Source of the DNA: Carcharhinus amblyrhynchos
Taxonomy: Eukaryota
Reading direction: 5' to 3'
DNA: 64,000 nucleotides
Assembly: GCA_965287045.1 (NCBI GenBank)
Contig: OZ336871.1
Location: forward strand, 106,888,001-106,952,000
In this document: positions 1 to 11,700 of the stretch, one piece after another
How positions within the stretch are numbered: position 1 is the stretch's first letter
Layout: each line of letters opens with the position of its first letter
Program-made: the position numbers and the translations under genes
Notes under the pieces: generated by a model
Databases searched by the model: none
Seen by the model: only the letters and a program-made list of their open reading frames with translations
Told to the model about the DNA's origin: nothing

Positions 1-99
1 GGTGTTGGTTCAATATATCCTGGCACGAGGCTGTGATAACGTGAATTTAAGAACTTCTAATCTCATTCAGGGCTACTTAATTTCCAATCTTTGTTCTGT

Positions 100-345
100 A
101 ATTCTACAGTCAACGCTTAAATTAAATAGCTTGCTTACTTCTATATTATTCATGCTCAGCATGATAAAAGAGTTGTAACATATCTCTTCAATCATCTTTA
201 CAAGTAGTAAAAATAAGCCCAACTCTATGAGACACTCTTCATAACTCAGAGCGCCACGTTTTTTTCTCAGCACCCCATTCAATGCACGAAGGTAGTTTTG
301 AAGTTCGGCTGTCCACAAAATATTTTAAATGTTCGCCCAATAAAA
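100..345 (-). mobile_element. Ancient CR1 LINE ORF2 fragment
   Basis: Minus-strand translation RGALSYEECLIELGLFLL resembles the CR1 motif RGLSYEERLxxLGLFSL seen intact elsewhere in the window. Confidence 0.55.
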
Positions 346-385
346 GGTAAGTTTTTTTTTTACATTTGCTTCAGTGACAAAAAAA

Positions 386-491
386 TGATTCTGGTTCGGT
401 GCATTGACCTGAACAGGCGACCAGGGGAATTTTGCAATAACTTCATTGCAGTGTTAATGTAAGCCTTACTTGTTATTAATAAATAAACTTG
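386..491 (+). mobile_element. 3' tail only of alternative-tail V-SINE
   Basis: aacttcattgcagtgttaatgtaagccttacttgttattaataaataaactt matches tails at ~2480, ~37500, ~61680. Confidence 0.75.
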
Positions 492-569
492 GCTTTATTC
501 CTTTGTCTGCTGTTAGTTTGACTTTAGTTCTACTTTTGTGGACTACTCTAGTTGTCTAATTTTTAGTTT

Positions 570-1190
570 GGATCAACCCATGATTCTATTGAATGGTGGA
601 GCAGACTCAAGGGACCGAATGGCTTACTCCTGTTCCTATTTCTTATGATCTAGTTGAGTTTTAAATCATGCATAAGAGCCATCACAGGTTTTGAAAAGCC
701 TATCTTGATAGCATTGTAATTTTGAGCAGGTGTAGACCAAGAGAAGAATGATTCAAACTCAAAAAGTAACATGTAATTGGTAGCATTTGTATATGGAGAA
801 CAACTCTTCAAATTTCAATGGCCAGATAGTAAAATCCAGGAAATCTCTATCATTTTTTGAAGATATACAAAAGTTGAAACTGATAGAATAATACGGATAA
901 TGGCAGCATTGGCCTGAGGTTGACTGAGTGCCCGGGAATGGACAGTAACAACAGTATATAGTGGGGTTTTCCATGAGCTGGTAATAGGACAACTGCTTTT
1001 CTTGCTTTGTTTTAATGACTCAGACTTGGATATGCAGGGCACAATTTCAAATTTTATAGATGACACAAAAAATTAAAAGTATAATCAATGTGAGGAGGAT
1101 GGACCTACTCTACTGTAATGGCCAGACACATGAAAGATAACATTTAATTCAGAGAAGTGTGAAGTGATACATTTTGGGAGTGGAAGATTG
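570..1190 (+). mobile_element. Old CR1 fragments (3' tail 570-650; RT fragment ~690-1190)
   Basis: CR1 tail motif attgaatggtggagcagactcaagggaccgaatgg; degenerate SKFADDTK and KCEVIHFG coding remnants. Confidence 0.65.
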
Positions 1191-1519
1191 ATAGTAAAAT
1201 AACAAGATTATTAACTTTTAACTTTATTAGATAAGTTTCTCTGTTGCATAATGGAGTGGGAAAACTTAGAAATAGAGCATAATATAAAAGATGCATGATG
1301 ATTATGTCATGTTTTCAATAGGCTTACTGCAGTCAGACACTCCTAGATTATGAAAACTACTTGTGTAAGTGGAATGCAATGTAGAGACCCCTCTAAGAGT
1401 TGGTCAAATCTGGCCTTGATATCAGGCGCAGTCACTCTCACCTCACCTCTGTATGGGACATCAATATGCCTGGTTTCATGAATAAATAGTATAAGAGAGT
1501 TTCATGGAGTTTGGCAGTG

Positions 1520-1780
1520 ATGTGGAATAGAAACAGAGAGTCTGATCCTGGGCTTTTGCAGAACTGAGTGGGGATGCTGGTTGCTGCAATGGAGCCCCAA
1601 AGGTTTCGCAGTATGGAGGAGGATTATGCAGATTTGGCATTGTTTGATGAAAGTCCTAAAAACAAATGAAGCAATAAGGAATCTTGGAGTGTATTGGCAT
1701 GGTTGGAAAGGTCCAGGTTTTTTATGTCATTACTGCTCATTAATGGATGAGTCAGCCTGGAGGCTGAATGTGGTGAAACC
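1520..1780 (-). mobile_element. Possible highly decayed Gypsy integrase N-terminal remnant
   Basis: Minus strand reads FIKQCQIC...KPLGL, like the CxxC zinc-finger end and the KPxGLLxP motif of Gypsy integrases; weak. Confidence 0.3.
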
Positions 1781-2127
1781 CTGAGGTTTTGCAGCACAAA
1801 GATGGAAGTCCAAGTTTTTGATGGCCTTGGTTTGAAGGACACTGAGGTCTTGCTGCTTAACAACATTTTGGTTTGGAAGCACTGAGTTTTGGCAAATGAA
1901 CAAAGTTTAATTCCATGCTTCCATTTGATAGGAGATCCAGTTGTTTTGAATGAGGAGCTATACACTGTTGAGTTAGCAGAAAAAAGGCAATGCTTTCCTA
2001 TTCCCCTGGCCTTGCATTTCTTGAGCTTCAGTGAAGGGATTGGTAGGAACTGGAACTGGCCAATTTGGAGGTGCATGTGGCCCCAGAATTGCAGACTTAC
2101 ATCTAAGCCCTGTTTTCCAATGATGTG

Positions 2128-2940
2128 AACATAGAAGTTAGGATCAGATGTAGACTATTCAGCACTTGAGCCTGCTCTGCCATTCAGTAAGATCATGACT
2201 GATCTGCTTGCATTTCAAGTTCTACATTTCTATCTATCCTGATAACCCAGTGCAGCATGGTAGCACAGTGGTTAGCATTGCTGCTCCACAGTACCAGGGA
2301 CCTGGGTTCAATTCCCAGCTTGGGTCACTGTCTATGTGGAGTTTGCACATTCTCCCCAGGTCTGTGTGGGTTTCCTCTGGGTGCGCTGCTTTCCTTCCAC
2401 GTTCTGGAAGACGTGCTGGTTAGGTGCATTGATCCGAACAGGCACCAGATTGTGGCAACTAGGGGAATTTCACAGTAACCTCATTGTAGTATTAATGTAA
2501 GCCTTACTTTTGACTAATAAATGGACTTTAAACTTAATCTTTGATTCCCTTATCTAACAATAATCTACCTACATCCATCTTAAAAAAAACTTCAATGACT
2601 CCACCTCCATCGCCTTCTGAGGCAATGTGTTCTAAAGTCACACAACCTCTGAATGAAAAGAAATCTCCTCATCTCTAAAAAGGCAACCTCTAATTCTCAA
2701 TCTGTGCCCCCTAGTTCTGGACTCGCGCAGAAGATTAAATATCCTTTCCACATCCACCTTATCAAGACCAATCAGGATCTTACATACTTACAATCAAGTC
2801 ACCCTTCTAGCCCAGTCAGTCTAACCTTTCCTTATAAGACAATCCACTCATTCCAGGTATCAATCCAGCAAATGTCCTCTGAGCTACTTCCAATGCATTT
2901 TTACATCCTTCATTAAATAGGGAGACCAAAACTGGACACA
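2128..2940 (-). mobile_element. CR1 3' fragment interrupted by a SINE
   Basis: Tail repeat at 2128; LEVAQRTFAGLIPGMSGLSYKERLD on minus strand. Confidence 0.8.
2252..2536 (+). mobile_element. V-SINE (HE1-like head/core, alternative tail)
   Basis: Pol III A box tagcacagtgg and B box gggttcaattcc, V-core ggagtttgcacattctcccc, alternative tail. Confidence 0.85.
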
Positions 2941-4357
2941 CTGGGGGGTAATTTTGCCATTTTGGTTCTAAGTGCTGAATCTGGGTGTGATTCAGATCCA
3001 ACTTGGAAACCTGTTCTCAGGCACCCCCGTACACATTCAGCCTAAAAAAAAGTCTGAATCACGCTGTGGGTGGGACTTAACTCACCTGAAATGATAAGGA
3101 TACATGTGGAGGAACAAAGGGTAAAACTGCCAGGCAAGCTTCTGAACATGTTGATGAGTGTGAATTATGTTATAGAGCAAACCTTTAAACCTTTTTAGGT
3201 TTTAGATAGAAAACGGCAATGTGAGAATAAAGATCAGTCAGGTAGAAGAAGGAATAGTTGAAAGTTCCAAACAGATTCTACCTCAAAATAAAAAGGAAGG
3301 TGCTGAGGGTGCAAGGGATATAAGAGAAGTTAGATGGTTTCATTGTAATTAATTGGGCCATACAAAGTCAGAATGCTGGAGATTAATGAGCAGAAAAGTT
3401 GGAATTGTGGGACTTAAGAAAGGGAATATTAAGTTAGACACAGTGGAACAAGAAAAGCTGGTAGGATCTGTACATAGAGTGGAACAAACAATTAGATTAA
3501 ATGGAGAGTCAGAGTAAACAGCAAGTAGATAATGTGTTTGAAGACTTTGTGTGTGAAGGAAAGGTCTTTTCATATTTACAGAATGAAGTGGGTACATATA
3601 TTGAAACTTTAAGATATTCTAGACCAAATCAATCACTAATGCTGTGGGATAAAGATATTTGCTGTCCAGAGGGGATTTTGAAGGAAGAGGTTCTAGTCAG
3701 TAGCATTCATGATGAGATCTTAAGCATTCTACTAAGAAACATAACTCCTCTGGCTACAGTATACTTGAGGAGCAGTTTGAAGACAGGAGACATAGTTGCA
3801 GGCATTCAATTTCTCTTAGGGAATGATATAACTGGGTCACAATGATGCCAACTGTAGCTGAACAGCCTGTAGAAAGTCAAACTACAAAAAGATTGCACAC
3901 GGATAATCCTGGACTGTTTCCTGATTGTGTGATAATGAGATCACAGACACATGAGATGAAAGAAGAGGGGAAGGGCAGTGAATGGACACTATCTTTAGTG
4001 AGATGGATGAAGATGAAAGGGAAGGAGATAAGGAAACAGATATGTTTAGTTCAAAGAAATTGATAGAGTAGTAGCAAAGAGATGCACACACAAAATAAAT
4101 TTATCAAACAGCTTACTCAGAATTGGAAGCCCAGTGTAAAACCTGAATGACATTATGTGTAGGATAACATAGTAATGAAAAAATGGATGCCTACTAACGT
4201 TACTGCAGCTGAAAAATGGGCAGACTTTCGTTAGAATGTACTGTTGCCTGACTATAGGGTAGATATTCTAAGAATAGCCCAGGAAATTCCATTAGGGGTC
4301 ATTGAAGAATAAGGAAAACTCAAAGTAAAGGTAGAGAAACAGTTTTACTGGCTCTGG

Positions 4358-5188
4358 TTTTAAGGTCCTGAACCAGAACCCTAAGTTAAATTAGGATGCC
4401 AGACTAGACCCCAACAATGTTTCTAAATTTTAGCGTAAATGTGAGGATAGGATGCTTCATTCTAGGGTAATTCCACTGACAAATTAGGGATCTTACATAA
4501 TGAAAGAAACTTTATTTAATAACACAGTTTAAGTACAACCCCTACAAAATGAAGCAGTTTAAATCAGTGGAACAATAGCTAAATATTTAATGAATCAACT
4601 TTAATTTCTAATGTATCACTGTTTCAGTTCAAAATAAGGAACAATCTCTTTTGGACTTAAAATTCTACTTTAAATAGAGTTAGCAACCATAAATATACTT
4701 GCTGTAAGGAGTGTAGACAAGCTTAAGGCTGTCAGAAAGATCTTGAGCATCAGAGCAGCTTGCAGACCTTTGGATTTAAATAATCCCTACGCAGAACTGA
4801 AAGCTGTTTCTGTCTGTTACATACTTATCTTCTCCCATTAACCACATTATCACATAACCCCAGCAGGAATCTTCATCTACAAACAAAAATTCATTAGTTC
4901 TCTCGTAAGTAAAGTGCATGGCTAAAATGAGTAATTATCCTGCTTGCCCACTACCTGAGCTGCATTCCTTTCCAGACAAATTAACTGCCTAGAAAAGAAG
5001 CTGAATTTTAAAATATTCTCCTTAAACATAAAGGCCGGAATTTTACCAAACCATCCACCATGGGAATCGAAGCAGGCGAGCGGCAGACCAAGGGAAGGTC
5101 TGTTGACCTCGGGCAGGATTTGATAGTTTCAGGATGAGCAAGGCCAGAAAGTCCCACTCAAATATATCAATAGCACACTGTCATTACA
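4358..5188 (-). mobile_element. Solo LTR inserted in the integrase, 4-bp TSD CTGG
   Basis: CTGG at 4354-4357 and 5189-5192; removing the insert rejoins an FYW...QKDVEWFC-like integrase motif (with frameshifts); homologous to the LTR at 26716-27458. Confidence 0.8.
5033..5159. mobile_element. ~125-bp MITE (PIF/Harbinger-like) inside the solo LTR
   Basis: Ends ggccggaatttt / aaagtcccactc, 3-bp TSD AAA; absent at the equivalent site of the paralogous LTR (~26740). Confidence 0.75.
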
Positions 5189-5667
5189 CTGGCTACAAAA
5201 GATGTAGAATGGTTTTGTTGAACCTGTCACAGGTATCAAGAAATAGGGAAACCACGGAATAGGGAAATAGGAAAATAGGGGAATGTAATAAAACAGGCAC
5301 CCTTAATTCCTGTTCTGACTATTGAAGAACCTTTCACAGAAGTTCCAGTAGATTGTATGGAGCTGCTTCCTAAAGCAAGAAGTGGAAATCAATACTTACC
5401 AAAGATTGGGGCTGTATCCACTCAATTTCCTGAAGCATTCTATTAAGAAACATTACAGTGAAGAGAGTTGTAGAAGAATTAACCAAATGTTTTACCAGAT
5501 ACAGGGCTTACCAAATGAAATACAATCAGATCAAGGATCAAAGTTTATGTCAGGATTATTTAAGGAAGCTGTGAATAGCCTAAAGATAAAACAATATAAT
5601 TCCTCAGCATATCATCCAGAATCACAGGGAGCATTAGAGAGATGGCGTCAACTTTGATAATGATGAA

Positions 5668-5967
5668 GAATCATAGAATCCCTACAGTGCAGAAGGAGGC
5701 CATTTAGCCCATCAGGCCCTATCGCAGTAACCCTACATATCTACCCTGCTAATCCCCCTGACACTAAGGGTCAACGTAGCATAGCCAATCAACCTGACGT
5801 GCAAATTTTTTTGAGTATGAGAGCAAACCAGAGCACTCGGAGGAAACCCATGCAGACATAGGGAGCATGTACAAACCCAACACAGACAGTCACCCAAACC
5901 TGGAATTGAACCCAAGTCCCTGGTGCTGTGAGGCAGCAGTGCTAACCACCGTGCCACAGTGCTGCTC
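5668..5967 (-). mobile_element. HE1-type V-SINE
   Basis: tRNA-derived head, V core, CR1-type tail (gattctat) repeats. Confidence 0.9.
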
Positions 5968-6154
5968 AAGAAAGTGTACAGTCATGATTGGGGCAAATGA
6001 ATTCTATTTTCATTATTTGCCATTAAGGATTCACCAAACGGTTCCACGAAATTTAGGCCTTTTGAATTGGTTTATGAACATGAAGTGAGAGGACCACTCA
6101 AATTAATCCAGAAAAGGCTGTTGAGCAAGAAATCAGAAACTACACTTAGATTAT

Positions 6155-6349
6155 AGACAGGATTTACCTCCCAACCCACTGTGTGTTTCATGGTGAGAGG
6201 TTGCTCACCATTAGCCAGTGGCAGGATCTTAGGTCCCACTGTTGACAATATAGTTTCTGTTGAATGAATCCCACGAAACCTGTGGCAGGAATGCGCCATC
6301 GGCAGGAATTGAAGATCTCGCCAGTGTGAATGGCTGGATAGTTCTGGCC
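6155..6349. mobile_element. ~195-bp MITE in the integrase, TSD TAT
   Basis: TAT at 6152-6154 and 6350-6352; excision restores ...RLYVSNFRDRL. Confidence 0.75.
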
Positions 6350-6536
6350 TATGTATCAAATTTTAGAGACAGGCTAAATGGGCCATGTGAATTGGCAAGG
6401 AAGCATTTAAAAATTTTAGCAAGAAATGATAAAAAGAGGCTGCTCAGAAAGCAAAGACCTGTAATTTCACAACAGGATTGAAAATGCTTGTTTTATTACC
6501 TCTTTCAGGTGAAAGATTAAAACCTACATTTAGTAA

Positions 6537-7085
6537 GTCATAGAGGTTTACAGCATGGAAACAGACCTTTTGGCCCAACTTGTCCATGCCGTCCTTTTTT
6601 TAAACCCATACGCTAGTCCCAATTGCCCGCATTTGGCCATATCCCTCTATACCCATCTTACCCATGTAACTGTCTAAATACTTTTTAAAAGACAAAATTG
6701 TACCCACCTCTACTACTACCTCTGGCAGCTTGTTCCAGACACTCACCATCCTCTGTGTGAAAAAACTGCCTCTCTGAACACTTTTGTAAGTCTCTCCTCT
6801 CACCTTAAATGATGCCCTCTAGTTTTAGACTCCCCTACCTTTGGAAAAAGATATTGACTATCTAGTTAATCCATGCTCCTCATTATTTTATAGAGGGATA
6901 AGATCACCCCTCAAACTTCTACGTTCCAGGGAAAAAATGTCCCAGTCTATCCAGCCTTTCCTTATAACTCAAATCATCAAGTCCCGATAGCATTCTAGTA
7001 AATCTCTTCTGCACTCATTCCAGTTTAATAACACCCTTTCTAAAATAGGGTGACTGGAACTGTACACAGTATTCCAAGTGTGGCC
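6537..7085 (-). mobile_element. CR1 3' fragment inserted into Gypsy integrase
   Basis: FFTQRMVSVWNKLP on minus strand; splits the FSGP codons of the host. Confidence 0.85.
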
Positions 7086-7618
7086 CAGTGGACCGCACCA
7101 AATAGAGAAAAAGCTTAGAGAAGTAACTTAACTGGTTAGCACTCCAGATAAATGCAAATCTCACAAGATATGTCATGTTAACACGCTAAAGAAATATTTT
7201 GACGGAACAGAAGAGGACAAGAAGTATTTATAGTAATGAAGCAGGAAGATAAAGAAGGGTTAAGTTCCGAGAGTGATTTTTCTCGATTTCCATTTGGTAA
7301 TGATGAAGTATTTAAAAGTTTAACCAGCTTACTAAATTATCAGTCAGATTAGAGCCTACGCAAAGTGATAGCATTACTGCAACCTTATAACTGTATTTGT
7401 GGGGATAAGTTAGGATGAATGGATGTAGCTATACCTGATGTAGATGTGAGTGAAACAGTTCCAATGAAACAACATCATAGTGGCCGAATCCCACAAAACT
7501 ATCACAAGGTATAAAAGAAATTGAATATATGCTGCAAAATGACACCATTGAATTGAGTTCTGGTGATTGGAGTTCACCTATTGTAATGGTGTCAAAGCCA
7601 ATGGAAAGTAGAGTCTTT

Positions 7619-8645
7619 GGGCCTGATTTTACCATTGCATTGTGTCTGATTTTTGAGTGCAAAAACTTGGTAAGGTCAGGCATAAGATGCCTGTCTCCAT
7701 GCTGGTTCCCCTTTACCAAAGCCTGAAAATGGCCATGATCAGGACCAGAAATGGGTGCGATGGCCATTTACATGCATTTAAATTATCTTAACGGGCTGCA
7801 CGCCAACTTTACTGGCACTTCCCCCTTTTTCACCGCGTAAGCCCATCCAGAATCGGCGCGAAACAGATATGCTCCACATAAGTCCGATTTGGGCACTCCA
7901 TCAGTGAGGGTTAGTGAAGAGGTAAGTACCAAGTGTCTGATGGCTCTCTGCTGCTTATGGGGGTCCTTTCATTGTGGCCATTTTCTTTCTCAGCTCAGTG
8001 TGGACTCTGCGTGTGTGTGGGGGGACTGTTGCTCAGCAGGGTGTCTGATGTCTGATTTGCAGCACGGACCTAGGTCTCAGCACTGACCTTGGGTTTGTGG
8101 TTCTGCTGGGTCCTAGTGCACTCAGCATTCTGCCAGCTGAAGGATGTGCACATAGCCCATTGCAAATTGCACTGCTGCAGCCCCTCGACTTTTCAAGGAC
8201 CTGTGAATCTGGTGAGCATGTGGCTGGGGAAGGGGAGTCTGCTGCCACTATGCCCGAGATCAGTGGAGAGGAAGGGGGGTCTGCTGCCACTCTGCCTGAG
8301 ATCCGCGAGGAGGAAGGGGAGAGAGGAGCTTGTGATCAGTCTGGGTGGCGGAGGGAATGGGAGATAAGGGGATCAGTAATGTTGTGGGGATGAGGCAATG
8401 TCTGTGGGGGCCAAGGGGAGGCATTATCTGGCCCAGAAGGGATGTGGCAAGGGAGCAGCATTCTATCATTTTTTTCTGCACATGTGCAGTTGGAGGCGCT
8501 GATCACAGCTGGAGGGTTTTGGGCATGTTAAGCTCCGCCCACAGGCTTGTGCAGTGCGATTCGGAATCGCTGATATTTTTGCAGGCAGAGTGCATATAGT
8601 GGAGCCTGAGAATGGGTCTAAAAATCAGATCTGAAAATAGGGCAC
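7619..8645. mobile_element. ~1-kb GC-rich non-autonomous TIR element inserted in Gypsy RT
   Basis: Terminus gggcctgattttacc; inverted homolog at 22967-23882 and a fragment at 2943-3095; splits the KP...YRKVN RT motif. Confidence 0.7.
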
Positions 8646-8716
8646 ACTGTCTTCACTATAGGAAAGTGAATTCGTCACCAACAAGGATTTGTTTCTAATT
8701 TCTTGTTTGTGTAAAA

Positions 8717-8995
8717 TTTAAAGTTTATTTATTAGTGTCACAGGCAGATTTACATTAACACTGCAATGAAGTTACTGTAAAAATTCCCTAGTCACCACAT
8801 TCTGGCACTTGTTCGGATGCATGGAGGGAGAATTTAGCATGGCCAATGCACCTAACCAGCACATCTTTTGGACTGTGGGAGGAAACCAGAGTACCCGGAG
8901 GAAACCCACACAGACAGTGGCCCAAGCCGATAATGGAACTGGGGTTGCTGGTGCTGTGAGGCAGCACTGCTAACCACTGTGCCACTGTTCCATCC
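8717..8995 (-). mobile_element. V-SINE, alternative tail, internal deletion
   Basis: Reverse complement of the 2252 and 37253 copies. Confidence 0.85.
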
Positions 8996-9963
8996 CTAAC
9001 TTTAAATGAAGAATGTGCCTACAACATTTCAGAGGCTAACTAATAAAATTATTCATAAACTGAGTCTTAATGCCCAATACATTAACAGTTTGGTGGTGTT
9101 TAGTCAGGGTTGGGATGAACACTTACAGCACCTAAAAGAACTGTTCAGACGCTTAAGAAAAGCTAACTTGGTCATGAATTTGATAAAAAAAAAGTGAATT
9201 TTCTAAAGCCCAAATCTCATATTTAGGCCATATTGGGGAATATGGTCAGATCACTCCATGAAATGCAAAAACAAAGGACATTTCTGATTCTCCCAAACCT
9301 ACGATGACAAAAGAAATTTTGAGATTTCTGGGAATAACTGGATTTTACCACAAGTTTGTGCTGAGCTTTAGCAGTCTGATGGCACCACTAATGGAACTTT
9401 TAAAGAAGAATAAAAAATTTAACCGGACAGTACAAGGCCAAACTGCATTTCAGTATTTAAAAATTGTATCAGCAGCACTGTCAGTGTTAGCCATATCATA
9501 TCATGACAAAAAGTTTAAAGTGGATGTTAGGGATTTTGGCTGGGGAGGGGTTGTGTTTTTGCAAGAAGATGACACCAGAATTAAAAAGCCTTTAGGCTAT
9601 TTTTCGAGAAAAGTAAATTCTCATCAACAGAATACTAGTTTGATATTGTTGGCATTACAGCACTTTGAGATTGACGTGCTAATATAGTAATACTTCACAG
9701 ACAATATGAATCATTATCCCCTGAAATTTCTGGAAAGGTTTTGGAATCGGAACATCAGTTTGTTTTGATGGAGTCTATTGCTTCAACCACTTAACTGGAA
9801 AATCATTCACATGGCTGGGAGAAAGAATATTATTGCTGATGTCCTATCAAGGACATAAAAAGACTGATGTGGACCATATTTTTAAAAACCTTGGGGTATA
9901 TTTTATGTTAATGCATGCATTTTTATTTTTGTAATTTTAGATAAGGTAGATCTGGTACCAGTA

Positions 9964-11400
9964 GCAGGTCAGATGTTTGATCAGAATATAAAGAAAGACT
10001 AAAAGATTAATCAGGAGAAACTATCATCTGACCTGCCATTCATCTCTGCCAAGTTGTTAGCTTTTTTCTAAAGTTTGATGCTTTCTTTAACTTCTTTACT
10101 TACGATGGATGGTTGCTTCTTCCCACAGGGTTTTTCTTGATAGTAGGAATATACTTATTCTGAGTATATGGACATATTCCCTTAAGTGTCTTCCACTGCT
10201 TCCCTATTGATCTATTGCTAGTCTGGTGTCACAGTTCACTACAGTTAGCTCAACTTTCGTGCCTACATAGTTGCCCTTATTTAAAACTTAAGAATTAGAC
10301 CCGCACTTTTCCCTTTTTAATGGAATAAAAAATTCAATCACATTGTGATCACAGCTACCTAGGAGTGCCTTCCAGCTCAGGTCGTTAATGATTCCATCTA
10401 AGATAATCTGCTCTGCAGTTGGTACCAGAATTTGCTGCTTTAAAATGTCCATGCGAATCAGCTTCCCAACCATTAGCTGTATCTAACTTCCCACTGCCTT
10501 GGCAAACCAGCCAGCATAATTAAGGATCCCATACACCCTGGACATTCTCTCTTCCATCTTCTTCCATCGGGAAAAGGATACAAAAGCCTGAGGTCACATG
10601 CCATCTGACTTAAGAACAGCTTCTTCCCTGCTGCCATCAGACTTCTGAATGGACCTACCTTGCATTAAATTGATCTTTCTCTACACCCTAGCTATATTTA
10701 TAACACACATTCTGCACTCTCTCATTTCCTTCTCTATGATGGTATGCTTTGACTGTCTAGCACGCAAGAAACAATACTTTTCACTGTACATGAATATATG
10801 TGACAATAATAAAACAAATCTAAAATTAAATCTAAGAAATCATCTCAGAAATATTCCAGGAACTCCTCATCCAGGCTATCACTGACAATCTGACATTTCC
10901 AGTTTATATGGACAGAAAAATCACCCATAGTTATTGCCATCCCTTTATCACAAGCCCCCAATATTTCTTCTTGTCCACTTTGCCCAATCTGTGGTTCCTG
11001 TAGACCACTGCCATGAGAGACTTCTTCCCCTCCGCTATTCCTCATCTCCACCTAAACTGATTCTACATTCTGATTGCCTGAATCAAAGTCATCTTTAACT
11101 ACCGCACCAATGCCATCCACGATCATCTCTCCACCTTTTTGTATCTGCCTATTCTTCCTATTGAATGTCATTTACCTCTCAATATTCAGGACCCAATCCT
11201 TGTTGTCATCTTTACATAATGGCTTTCTGATCATATTTAATGTGTGCTATCAATTCATTAGCTTTGCTATGAATGCTATGCACATTCAGATACAAAATGT
11301 TTAGTTTTGTCACCTTTGCATCATCTAGTCTTGATTACAGGTGTTTTCTTAGGTTTTATCTCTCAGTACCTTCCTGCTTTCTTAATGGCCCTGGCTTTTA
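9964..11400 (-). mobile_element. CR1 endonuclease-region fragment
   Basis: MGDF and LGSCDHNVIEF APE-endonuclease motifs on minus strand. Confidence 0.75.
10493..10834 (+). mobile_element. Rex1/Babar-type LINE 3' end
   Basis: Translates IIKDPIHPGHSLFHLLPSGKGYKSLRS...KNSFFPAAIRLLNG, the typical Rex1/Babar C-terminus; tail gtgacaataataaa. Confidence 0.8.
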
Positions 11401-11427
11401 TGTTAGTATGGTCTTCTTGAAATATAG

Positions 11428-11700
11428 CATCATAGAATCCCTACAATACAGAATTAGGCCATTCAGCCCATCGAGTCTGTACTGACCACAATCCCATCCA
11501 GGCCCTATTCCCGTAACCCCATGTATTTACCCTCCTAATCCCCCTGACACTAGGGGCAATTTAGCATGGCCAATCAACCTAACCAATACATCTTTGGACT
11601 GTGGGAGGAAAGTGGAGCACCCAGAGGAAATACACGCAGACATGGGGAGAATGTGCAAACTCCACATAGACAGTGACCCAAGGCTGGAATTGAACCTGTG
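11428..11700 (-). mobile_element. HE1-type V-SINE, 5' truncated
   Basis: Core and CR1-type tail. Confidence 0.85.

Larger units (their letters stand above)
3100..9860 (+). mobile_element. Decayed Gmr1-like Gypsy LTR retrotransposon, order gag-PR-IN-RT-RH, with nested insertions
   Basis: CCHC knuckle remnant HCN*LGHTKSECW ~3340; protease-region LLGND ~3815; integrase IQSDQGSKF...YHPESQGALER 5500-5650; GPY/F-like SGP...CHVNTLKKY ~7090-7200; RT WSSPIVMV ~7570 and KNVPTTFQR...EHLQHL 9006-9190; RNase H RFLGITGFY...ADVLSR* 9320-9858; many stops and frameshifts. Confidence 0.88.

Noticed and set aside
2257-2478. Recurrent MVAQWLALL... peptides suggesting a gene family
   Set aside because: They are translations of the V-SINE head and core
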